DNA from: Candidatus Latescibacterota bacterium
GTDB taxonomy: Bacteria > Latescibacterota > UBA2968 > UBA8231
Assembly (NCBI GenBank): GCA_965217585.1
Contig: OZ244561.1
Location: forward strand, 640,001 to 704,000
Length of the DNA: 64,000 bases
Direction of reading: 5' to 3'
The position numbers and the translations under genes were made by a program. Under the pieces are notes generated by a model that saw nothing but the letters and a program-made list of their open reading frames with translations, was not told the DNA's origin and did no database searches. Shown piece by piece: positions 47,074-55,983 of the stretch (position 1 is the stretch's first letter; the number at the start of each line of letters is the position of its first letter).

Positions 47074-47745
47074 ATGCTCTACACCATCCATCGCACCGAC
47101 GACCTCGACCTTCCCGACGCCGATTGGCAGCGTCCCCAATGGCAGGCGGCCGAGACCCTAGCGATTACCCACTTTTCCTGGGAGGATTCCGGCCACCGTC
47201 CCCGCACTCAGGCGCGCGTGCTCTACGACGAGCGGGCACTATCCATTATCTTCCGCGTCGAGGATCGCTACGTCCGCGCTGTGGCCGAGCGCTTCCAAGA
47301 TTCGGTCTGCACCGATTCCTGCGTCGAATTCTTCGTTGCGCCCCTGCCCGACTCGCAAGCCTACTTCAATTTCGAGGTCAACTGCGGCGGCACCATGCTC
47401 CTGCACCGCTGCCCTTCAGCCGCAGAGCGCGCCCAAGGCCGAGTGCCCGAAAACGTCAGCGATGCTGACGGTGCCACCATCCGCATCGCCACAACCCTTC
47501 CCCAAATCGTCGAGCCAGAGCGCACCACCCCCACGATTTGGGCGGTCGAGTACCGCGTCCCCTTCGCCCTCTTTGCCCAGTACTTCGGTGCCCAGACTCC
47601 CGTGTCCGGCACCCAGTGGAAGGGCAACTTCTACAAGTGCGGCGACCGCACCTCCCATCCCCACTGGGGTACTTGGGCACCAGTAGATACGCCCAACCCC
47701 AGCTTTCACCAGCCAGACTTTTACCAGCCACTCGTATTTGCCTAG
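47074..47745 (+). CDS. Carbohydrate-binding family 9-like (DOMON-type) protein
   Basis: DSCVEFF, YFNFEVNCGG, WKGNFYKCGD, HW..W, P.FHQPDF; no signal peptide; start uncertain. Confidence 0.8.
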   Translation: MLYTIHRTDDLDLPDADWQRPQWQAAETLAITHFSWEDSGHRPRTQARVLYDERALSIIFRVEDRYVRAVAERFQDSVCTDSCVEFFVAPLPDSQAYFNFEVNCGGTMLLHRCPSAAERAQGRVPENVSDADGATIRIATTLPQIVEPERTTPTIWAVEYRVPFALFAQYFGAQTPVSGTQWKGNFYKCGDRTSHPHWGTWAPVDTPNPSFHQPDFYQPLVFA

Positions 47746-47817
47746 CGCGGCCCCTTGTCCCACCTGAGCGCCAACATCGGCTCTGTACGTGGGTAGTGGT
47801 ATCGCTATCCTGAGTGC

Positions 47818-49641
47818 TCAGCCAAAAAGAGGGGAACTGTAGGAAGGCGAGCGGGCAAAGCGTTTCAGCCCAAGGTGCAAACGGGCCTGGGCCGCCGGTC
47901 CCAAATGCACCTGGAGATACTGATCCTCTACCTCGACGGACTGATCCTGGCCGTCTTCATTTTTAAGCTGGGCGCAAGTGAATTGATGCTCGCCAAAGGA
48001 GCCAGCTTGCAAGAGGACGGAGCGGCCTTCCACTGGGTCCGTATTCACCAGCGTCAGGCTAACCCCGTCGGCGCTGACCCGATCAACTAGGGCCGCGACG
48101 TACTCGGGCAGGCCGGGGCGACGGCGCTGCGGATCGAAATAGCGCACGTGGGCCTGGAGCATCCCGCCGTTGTAGATCGCCGCCGGCGTGCCTAAGGCCA
48201 TCTGGATCAGGGCTTCGGGTAGCACGGGATTGAGCCTCTGGAAGTGGTAGCACTCGCGCGTCTCAGGGTCGCTATCGTCGTTCTCCAAGCGAGTCAGACT
48301 GTGACAGATGCTGGAGTAGGTCGAGTCGATAACCTGATCGATGTAGCCGGGGTTTTTGCCCTCGATAAAAGCGAACCAAGCCGTCGGCGGGCAGATGCCA
48401 GCTTTGGCAGCGCCCCAGTCGGAGGGCAGACCGGCAAAAGCGGCGCGGTCGGGAAAGGCTGCGTCGAGGCGGGCCAAATCCCGCTCGCTTTGGCTCAAGT
48501 AATATAAATGAACGTACAAATAGGGGTCGGGCGGCCGGAAATCGAACCAGCCTTGGTCGCCGTGACGGGTCGGCACCTTGACGAGGCCGTCCTCCTCGCG
48601 CCGCTGTTCCCAGAGCATGTCGAGCTGCGAGCGGGCCAAGTCCAAATGGGAATCATCGCCGGTCATCAGCAGGGCGCAACTGCCGGCTACCAGGGCAGGC
48701 TCGACTATATTGCGCGCGCCGTGCGGCCAGCGCCAGCCGTAGTACCCGCCCCACCACTTGCCATCCATCAACTCGCCAATGGTTCCCTCGGGTCCAATAT
48801 TGTCGGGCATAATGCCGCCGTTGGCCTTGCATCGCTCTTCCCACGCCTGCAAATAATCGAGTACCCAAGTTTTGTACTGGTCGTCGCCGGTGTAGAGATA
48901 GGCGTTGGTGATCAGGCTGGCGATGTTCAAGTTGAGGGGCACATCGCCGCGGGTCATGCGCTGGTTGATCAAGTCGAGCACGCGGGCGAATACTTCGTCG
49001 TCCGTCCAATCGACCTTGAAGAGCGGATCGGAACTGTCGGCACCTGGAATATCCTCAAAGGGCGCTAGATAGTGGGCTAGGATGGGCCGGTGGTAATCCC
49101 AATCGACCTGGGTAGTGACAAAGCGCGGGCCCTTGCTGCCGTTGAGCGGCGAGCGGATCATTTTGCGCTGGGCGTCCCAATTGGGTGCCAGCGGGTCGGC
49201 ACCGGTGTACATGGCGGCGTAGCGCAGGGCGCGGGTGCGGTTGATGTGGTGCGCGGGATCGGACAGGGCTAGATAGTAGATGTAGGTATAGCTCTCGGAA
49301 TGGTGAAACCAGTCAAAGCCGGTGACAAACTCGCGCTCGACCGTGCCGTAGTTGGCGTACTGCCAAGTGATGGCGTCCCACTCTTTGCAGGCAATCTGGT
49401 GGATGTGCTCGCCGCCGCCTAGCAGGTAAAACAGGGGGAAGGAAAGGAAGGCCTCATAGCCATTGTCGGTGCCGTCCATGCTAGTCCACTCCGTGCGCTG
49501 GATCAGGGTGCCATCTGGACGGGTACTGTGCTCGACAAAGGGATGGGCAGCGCGGTCCATCAGGGCGATCAAGTCGCGTTGGCGCACGGCCCAATGGGGC
49601 GGGTTTTCGCGGGTCTTAGCTGCAATGGATACGCGGGCCAT
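47818..49641 (-). CDS. Uncharacterised 607 aa cytoplasmic protein, paralog 3
   Basis: AGGAGG RBS; DWFHHSE, GDVPLNL, NAYLYTGD, PDNIGPEGTIGE, KWWGGYYGW, YNGG, RPGLP, QAGSFGEH. Confidence 0.85.
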   Translation of the reverse strand: MARVSIAAKTRENPPHWAVRQRDLIALMDRAAHPFVEHSTRPDGTLIQRTEWTSMDGTDNGYEAFLSFPLFYLLGGGEHIHQIACKEWDAITWQYANYGTVEREFVTGFDWFHHSESYTYIYYLALSDPAHHINRTRALRYAAMYTGADPLAPNWDAQRKMIRSPLNGSKGPRFVTTQVDWDYHRPILAHYLAPFEDIPGADSSDPLFKVDWTDDEVFARVLDLINQRMTRGDVPLNLNIASLITNAYLYTGDDQYKTWVLDYLQAWEERCKANGGIMPDNIGPEGTIGELMDGKWWGGYYGWRWPHGARNIVEPALVAGSCALLMTGDDSHLDLARSQLDMLWEQRREEDGLVKVPTRHGDQGWFDFRPPDPYLYVHLYYLSQSERDLARLDAAFPDRAAFAGLPSDWGAAKAGICPPTAWFAFIEGKNPGYIDQVIDSTYSSICHSLTRLENDDSDPETRECYHFQRLNPVLPEALIQMALGTPAAIYNGGMLQAHVRYFDPQRRRPGLPEYVAALVDRVSADGVSLTLVNTDPVEGRSVLLQAGSFGEHQFTCAQLKNEDGQDQSVEVEDQYLQVHLGPAAQARLHLGLKRFARSPSYSSPLFG

Positions 49642-49684
49642 TTTAGGTTCCTCCTAGTGGTCAGTACTTCGCCCAAGAAGCGAA

Positions 49685-50416
49685 TTATTCAGGTCGCAAA
49701 TCCGTGTACCGCTCTCCCCGTGCCCCGCCTTCCCCGCGCACCAGAAACACCGGAATCGGATGTTGGTCCATGTCCACCCAAGCCGTGTCTGTGCTACAGT
49801 AGCGAATCGTATAACCAGCGCGCCGGCGGCCACTCTTATTGGCCCGGCTGCCGTGCAGAATGTAGGAGTCGTGAATGGATAGACTGCCGACTTTCATCTC
49901 CATCATCACGGCCTCGGCCTCCATTTCGGGGGCGACCAAGATCTTCTTTCTCAGCATCTCGGCCTCCCCTGAAGGCACGGTTTTCATCTCCCGGTACCCT
50001 CGGTGTGAACCGGGTATGATGCGCATGGCGGCGTTTTCGGCGTCCGCGTCGTCGAGCGCCAACCACACCGTAGCCACATCAGTGCCGCGTACGCTGGGCC
50101 AGTAGTTGTTGTCCTGGTGCCAGCCCACGCTGATTCCATCGCCCGGAGGCTTGATGAACATGCTCGAATAGACCAAGATCAGGTTGGGACCTAGGACGGC
50201 CTCCACTGCGTCGAGCAGGCGCGGATGGCGGCAGACCTCCAGCCAGAACACTTCCTTGGTATGCGGCTCCCCGTAGTATTGATCCCGGTCGAGAAAACCC
50301 GCACGCACGCCCACGTCCAGCGAATGCTGCATGGCGGCGACTTCGTCCGGCCCGAAAATATCGGAAAAAAAGCAATAGCCTTCTGTGGCAAAGCGCCCGG
50401 CGTCGGTATTCAGCAC
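49685..50416 (-). CDS. Phytanoyl-CoA dioxygenase (PhyH) family
   Basis: WHQD, VWLALDDA, IIPGSH, LHGS..N.S..RRAG; GTG start after AAGAGG. Confidence 0.88.
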   Translation of the reverse strand: MLNTDAGRFATEGYCFFSDIFGPDEVAAMQHSLDVGVRAGFLDRDQYYGEPHTKEVFWLEVCRHPRLLDAVEAVLGPNLILVYSSMFIKPPGDGISVGWHQDNNYWPSVRGTDVATVWLALDDADAENAAMRIIPGSHRGYREMKTVPSGEAEMLRKKILVAPEMEAEAVMMEMKVGSLSIHDSYILHGSRANKSGRRRAGYTIRYCSTDTAWVDMDQHPIPVFLVRGEGGARGERYTDLRPE

Positions 50417-50469
50417 GATACGCCTCTTGCAATTTTGCGGACGAGCCCGCGAGTCTGCACAGGTGTCTC

Positions 50470-51300
50470 TCAAATCCCGTAAACCCGGGCGGCGTTCTCC
50501 CCCAGCACTTTGGCCCGATCACCCTCGTCCAGTTCCGCGGCAAAAGTGCGGATTATTTCCAAACTCTGCCGGTACGTGATATGGCGGCCGACCGGCGGCC
50601 AGTCCGAGCCCCACAGCAGGCGGTCGGCCCCCAAGCCCTTGAGTAAGCGGCTGAAAAATCCCAGCGCCTGGGGGCAGCGGAAATCCCAGGGAGTCGCAGC
50701 CGCCGCGTAGAAGCCCGACGCTTTGATCGACAAATTGGGATAGGCCGATGCCTGCAGCAGTCCCCCGTATGTCTCATCTTGGGCATTGGGGCCGCCGGGC
50801 AGCGCGGGCAGGCCTAGGTGATTGGCGACAAAGCGGATCTCCGGATATCTCTGTGCCAACTCCAGCAAGATCCCGTAATTGGACGGCCCAATTTGCAGAT
50901 TACAGACTAAGCCGGTGTCTTTGTACGCCTGCCAAAGCGCGGCGCAAGGTTCTTCCAACAGCCACTGCATTCTCTCATCAAGCTTGGGTGGGTAGTAACT
51001 GGTGCCCACGGCACCGAATTCCTCGCCCGCCCGCAAGACCCGCTCGGCGGCGTCTTGCTGGTGCATGGGCACATCCGTCAATACGGCCAGTCGATCGGGG
51101 TGCTCTCGCCCCCACTGGGCGCACTCCTGATTGTTGCCCGGCGAGTAATCGGCCACCACCGGCAGCACGACGGCTTTGTCGACATCGCATTCGTCCATGT
51201 GGTGGAGGAGCCGATCTACCCGCCCTAGATCTTCCCAAGGGGCCATAGGAGCAAAGTTGGTAAGCACGTGAACATGAGCGTCGATAGCGGGCATTGACAC
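50470..51300 (-). CDS. Amidohydrolase family 2 protein (sugar-lactonase-like)
   Basis: IDAHVH, ANHLG, IKASG, RLLWGSDWP, GENAARVY. Confidence 0.85.
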   Translation of the reverse strand: MSMPAIDAHVHVLTNFAPMAPWEDLGRVDRLLHHMDECDVDKAVVLPVVADYSPGNNQECAQWGREHPDRLAVLTDVPMHQQDAAERVLRAGEEFGAVGTSYYPPKLDERMQWLLEEPCAALWQAYKDTGLVCNLQIGPSNYGILLELAQRYPEIRFVANHLGLPALPGGPNAQDETYGGLLQASAYPNLSIKASGFYAAAATPWDFRCPQALGFFSRLLKGLGADRLLWGSDWPPVGRHITYRQSLEIIRTFAAELDEGDRAKVLGENAARVYGI

Positions 51301-51516
51301 CTCCTTACTCGTTTGATCTATCTACAGGAACTATGTACGCAATAACGCACCGATTCACCAATTTCGCAACGGCAGCGACCGCGGCCCCACCGATTCCCTC
51401 AATGCCGACGGGCCACCTATCCCAACATTTCATCTTGTTGGCTCAATACCGCCTCCGTATTTTCAGAGGCGCTTTGCCGCAATAGACCTCCCTCCCAACG
51501 GAAAAAGGGGAAGATC

Positions 51517-52497
51517 ATGTCGAATGTATCTCTCGTCAGAGTGGGCGTTCTAACCTGCGCCCGGTACGTGCACATCACGGGTATATGGGGTCCGATCATT
51601 GACCCCACCTGCCAGCACCAATTCATGGGCTGCACGACGCGTATGACCGGTATGGTCATGACCCACGTTTGGGATGTAGATAAAGAAGGCGTCAAGGATT
51701 TCTGCGATACGTACAAAGGAGTCGAAGCGGTGGAGAACTATTGGGATATGGTCGGCAAGGTAGACGGCGTCATCCTCTCCGATTTTGATTCGACCCTACA
51801 TTTCAAAGAATTGGCCAGACCCTATTTGGAAGCCGGCGTCCCCATCTTCATCAATCGCCCTTTTGCCCTCAACCTCCAAGACGCGCAGGAAATAATCGAT
51901 CTATCCAAAAAGCACGACACCCCCATTATGTCGGGTTCTTCCTTCGGCTCAGCGCCGGAAATTGAGCATATCAAACGCGAGGTGGCGGCCATCGAACCAA
52001 TCAGGGGCTTTGCCGCGGCCAATTCCATGTCCGATTACGCTACCCACGGCATTCATGGCCTGTACATGATCTACGCATGTATCGGCGGCGGCATTAAAAG
52101 CGTGGCCTACCAGACGCCCGACTGGCATGTCCCCAATGGTCACCTCACCTTTGAATACGAACCCAGAGGAGCAGAGGGGAAGACCTTTTACGGATCGTTG
52201 CAGGAAATATCGGGGACATGGGGCTGGATCCGGGTGTTTGGAGAGCGCACCTTCGAGCAGTTCGTGCACAGTGGCATCCACTTCTGGGTTCCTCTGCTGC
52301 TGGAGATGCAGGAGATGTTTGAAACCCGAAAAATGCCCGAACCCCACGAGGCCATATACGAGAAGGTGCAGATGTTTCTGGCCGGCTTCAAATCGCACGT
52401 GGAGAGTGGCGGTGCCCCGGTGCGGCTGGACGAAATCGGCGACTGGACGGCTCCACTGCTCAATCCTGATCCGTACCCCAACGGGTTTTTCAAATAG
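51517..52497 (+). CDS. Divergent Gfo/Idh/MocA-like oxidoreductase
   Basis: THVWD, VDGVI, H.ELARPYLEAGVPIFINRPFA, YATHGIH. Confidence 0.7.
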   Translation: MSNVSLVRVGVLTCARYVHITGIWGPIIDPTCQHQFMGCTTRMTGMVMTHVWDVDKEGVKDFCDTYKGVEAVENYWDMVGKVDGVILSDFDSTLHFKELARPYLEAGVPIFINRPFALNLQDAQEIIDLSKKHDTPIMSGSSFGSAPEIEHIKREVAAIEPIRGFAAANSMSDYATHGIHGLYMIYACIGGGIKSVAYQTPDWHVPNGHLTFEYEPRGAEGKTFYGSLQEISGTWGWIRVFGERTFEQFVHSGIHFWVPLLLEMQEMFETRKMPEPHEAIYEKVQMFLAGFKSHVESGGAPVRLDEIGDWTAPLLNPDPYPNGFFK

Positions 52498-52666
52498 ACT
52501 GCAAGACGCTCGATTGTCGCGCACTAGAAAAATAAATTGTATGGCAACCGTCTTTTATGGGCGGACGCCCCGAGTAATTTAATACCTCGTGCCCCACCTT
52601 GGTCGAATGTAGAGGGGCGGAGCTTTGTAGGAAGCCGGCTGCCCTCTAGCGACGGAGGCTCTGTAC

Positions 52667-54600
52667 TTGGCACGGAGTAAATCGCCCTTCACCCTGCGGG
52701 TATTCTCGGCAGGCCTCCTTTTGTGCCTGCTGATCAGCGTCGCCACACCGTACACTAATATGTACCTACAGGGTTCGCTGATGGCCATCGATTTTGGTAC
52801 GGCCGCGGCTCTGTTTCTGCTCTTCCTACTTGTCTGTATCAACGCGGTTCTCCATCGTTGCGCCCCGGCCATGGTCTTCCGGCGGGGCGAACTGGCGGTG
52901 ATTTACGCCATGATGGCGACCGCCTGTGCCATTCCGACCATGGGCTTGATGGAATATCTATTGCCGGGCATGACCGCTCTGGAGTACTACGCCACGCCCG
53001 AAAATGATTGGCAAGCTTATATCCAGCCTCATGTAAAGCCGTGGATGGTGGTCGAAGATCCACTGGCGACCAAATTCTTCTACGAAGGACTGCCCCGGGG
53101 CATGGCCATTCCCTGGGAAGCGTGGATAGTACCGCTGTGCGCCTGGAGTCTTTTCATTGCGGCGCTCTATCTGACCATGATTTGTGCCGCGGTGATCATC
53201 CGGCGCCAGTGGATGGAGTACGAAAGACTGGTCTATCCCCTCGTCCAAGTACCGGCGGCCATGATCCAACAGGACGAGGGGTCTATCCCACCTTTTTTTA
53301 GGAATGGGTTGATGTGGGTCGGTTTTGGCTTGGCCCTAGTCGTGGGCAGCTTAAAAGGGCTACACCACTACTATCCGTCCGTGCCGGCAGTATCCATGTC
53401 GACCTCCTTGGGCATCCTGCGCAATACGGTGAACTTGCCCATTATGTTGAGCTTTAGCGCCGTGGGCATTTTCTTTTTTGTCAACCTGGATATCGCCTTG
53501 GGTCTGTGGGTTTTCACCCTGCTGGCCATGCTCGAAAAAGGGGTTTTCAGCGTAGTGGGACTCCATAGCACCGAGGTCGTCAGTGTGTACGGTACCCCGG
53601 AATCGCCGCTATTGGCCCACCAGGGAATCGGAGCGCTATTGGCCTATGTGGTCGTGGGACTGTGGCAGGCCCGGTCCCATTTTGCCACTGTTGGACGCCA
53701 AGCTTGGAAAGGGCATGAAGGGGACGAGGATGCCGGCGAGATCATGTCCTACCGGGCCGCCGTGCTAGGGCTGTCCGGTGGGATTACGGTCATGGTATTG
53801 TGGCTCTGGTCATCGGGTATCCCCCTGTTGCCACTCTTGGTATTTCTGGCCGTCGCCCTGCTCTATTCTTCGGCTTGTCCCGCATAGTGGCCGAGGGCGG
53901 CGTTGCCGCCGCCCGTAGCCCCATGATCGCCTCGACCTTTGCGGTCTCGGGACTAGGCACATCTATAGTGGGAGCCGAAGGCTTGGTGGCCCTTGCCTAC
54001 ACTTATATATGGCACGGCGATGTGCGCACTTTTGTCATGGCCTCGTGCGCCAACGGCTTGAAGATAGTCGAAGGGATCACCAATCTCCGACCCTTGTTCT
54101 GGGCCCTAGCTCTGGCCATTTTAGTGACCTTGGCCGGATCGATCGCGACCATTCTCTACTTGGCCTACGCCTATGGGGGGATCAATCTGCATGGCTGGTT
54201 TTTCGGTGCTGGGCCCCAAGCACCCTTTAATTATATCGCCCACAAATTTCAGAACGCCCCGTCTGTGCAGGTGGACGGCTGGTTGTTCAAAGCCATTGGC
54301 GCGACCCTAATGGGCGGGTTACTCTGGTTGCGGCACCACTTTTTGTGGTGGCCTTTCCATCCGTTGGGCTTTGCTATTTGTACGGTATCCTTTATCGTCG
54401 GGCGGCTCTGGTTCAGCGTATTCCTAGCTTGGTTGTTCAAAATGGCCGTGCTCAAGTACGGAGGATCGCGGCTGCACCGCATGATGCGACCCTTCTTTAT
54501 GGGCCTAATCTTGGGACAGTTCTCCAACGCCGGGTTCTGGCTCATGGTCGACGGATTTACAGGTACTACCGGCAACGGGATAGGCGTGCTGTTCTGGTGA
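52667..54600 (+). pseudogene. DUF6785/DUF6784 membrane protein split by a 1-nt frameshift (pseudogene or sequencing error)
   Basis: ORF 52667..53887 matches the N-part and ORF 53800..54600 the C-part of 3452..5443; the frame switch falls near 53863 (ctc-ta-ttc-ttc-ggc). Confidence 0.8.
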
Positions 54601-54660
54601 AAAACCCACTTCGCGCCAAGACGATAACGATGGCGCGTTTGGCCGGGCTATTCATAGGGT

Positions 54661-54695
54661 GCTCCTTAAATTTTGTCGCGGAAAATTTAAGGAGT
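54661..54695. repeat. 13-bp perfect inverted repeat (hairpin or operator)
   Basis: ctccttaaatttt-gtcgcgg-aaaatttaaggag. Confidence 0.7.
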
Positions 54696-54783
54696 TGCTG
54701 CACAGAGCGTTACAGCTATACTTTAGACACCGCCGCACACAATACCACACTGACCCATCCTTATCAAAACGCCCGAGGAGACC

Positions 54784-55887
54784 ATGACTACGTATCGCGC
54801 CGCCGTTATTGGCCTGGGCCGCATGGGCAGCACGTTCGACGATGAAATGAGCGAAGGAGGATCCATTTTTCTGCCCTATTGCCACGCCCCCTCGTACCGC
54901 GCTTCGCCCCATACGGAACTGGTGGCCGGAGTCGATCTGCACGGCGAACAACGCGCCATTTTCGGCGACCGCTGGGGCCTAGATCGAGACCATCTCTACA
55001 GCGACTACCGGCAAATGCTGGAACGAGAAAACCTCGACTTGGTCAGCGTCTGCACCACAGCCCGTATTCGCTCGCAGATCGTCCAGGATTGCGCCCGCGC
55101 TGGCGTCAAGGCCGTATGGGCCGAAAAGCCCATCGCCCTGACCTTGGCTGAAGCCGATGCCATGGTCGAGGCCTGCCGCCAACACGGGACGGCCCTAGCC
55201 ATCAACTGCGCTCGCCGCTGGAACCCCTTCTTCAGCCAAGCCCGCGGTCTCATTGACGAAGGCGCACTGGGGAAAATCCTCCAAGTCACCGGCTACGCCC
55301 AGTGCGGCCTGTCGCACAATGGTAGCCACCTCATCGACATTGTGCGCTATATGGTCGGGGGTCAGGTCGAGTGGGTTTTTGGCGAAATGGAATCGGACGC
55401 CGCGGCCCAAGGCGAAACTGACCCGCAGGGCAACGGCTACCTCAGCTTTGACAATGGTGTACGCGCCTTTATCCGCGCTACTCCCACCGGGGTTGCGTCC
55501 TGGGAAATCGACGTCATTGGCACCGAGGGCCGCATCCGCTCTTTAGCCAATTGCACCCAAATGGAGTACATCCGCACGGCTCCAGGCGGCAACCGGGGAC
55601 GCGGAGTGCCCGCATACGTACCCTTTCCCTATCCGACGCACATACAAGGCATGGGGCTGACCATTGTAGAGGATCTGATCCAAGCCATTGAGACGGGATC
55701 GGATCCGCGCTGCTCGGGCGACGATGGTCGGGCCGCCCTCGAAGTGGCCATTGCCCTGCGCCAATCGCACCGCGACGGTTTTGTCCGCGTGGACCTGCCT
55801 CTAGAAGACCGCTCGTTGGGCATTCTCTCTTCGGAGATTTCCCAGGACCACACCCCGGCACGGGTGCGGCGGTTGCAGGCTTCTTGA
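54784..55887 (+). CDS. Gfo/Idh/MocA family oxidoreductase (same subfamily as 5592..6710)
   Basis: YRAAVIGLGRMG, AEKPIA..LAEADAMV, PRCSG...LEVAIALRQSHR...DRS. Confidence 0.9.
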   Translation: MTTYRAAVIGLGRMGSTFDDEMSEGGSIFLPYCHAPSYRASPHTELVAGVDLHGEQRAIFGDRWGLDRDHLYSDYRQMLERENLDLVSVCTTARIRSQIVQDCARAGVKAVWAEKPIALTLAEADAMVEACRQHGTALAINCARRWNPFFSQARGLIDEGALGKILQVTGYAQCGLSHNGSHLIDIVRYMVGGQVEWVFGEMESDAAAQGETDPQGNGYLSFDNGVRAFIRATPTGVASWEIDVIGTEGRIRSLANCTQMEYIRTAPGGNRGRGVPAYVPFPYPTHIQGMGLTIVEDLIQAIETGSDPRCSGDDGRAALEVAIALRQSHRDGFVRVDLPLEDRSLGILSSEISQDHTPARVRRLQAS

Positions 55888-55983
55888 ATGTAAACCGGTA
55901 CCGGTCCTAGGAAGACAGTACTTTCGAATGGTCTATGGATGGTTGTCGATTATATGGCCGAAGAGGAGTGACCAATATCACCA

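Noticed and set aside
53800-53887. Programmed -1 frameshift, or a genuine two-gene split, in the DUF6785/6784 gene
   Set aside because: No slippery heptamer or stimulatory structure is visible, the second ORF lacks a credible start and RBS, and the paralog is a single ORF.
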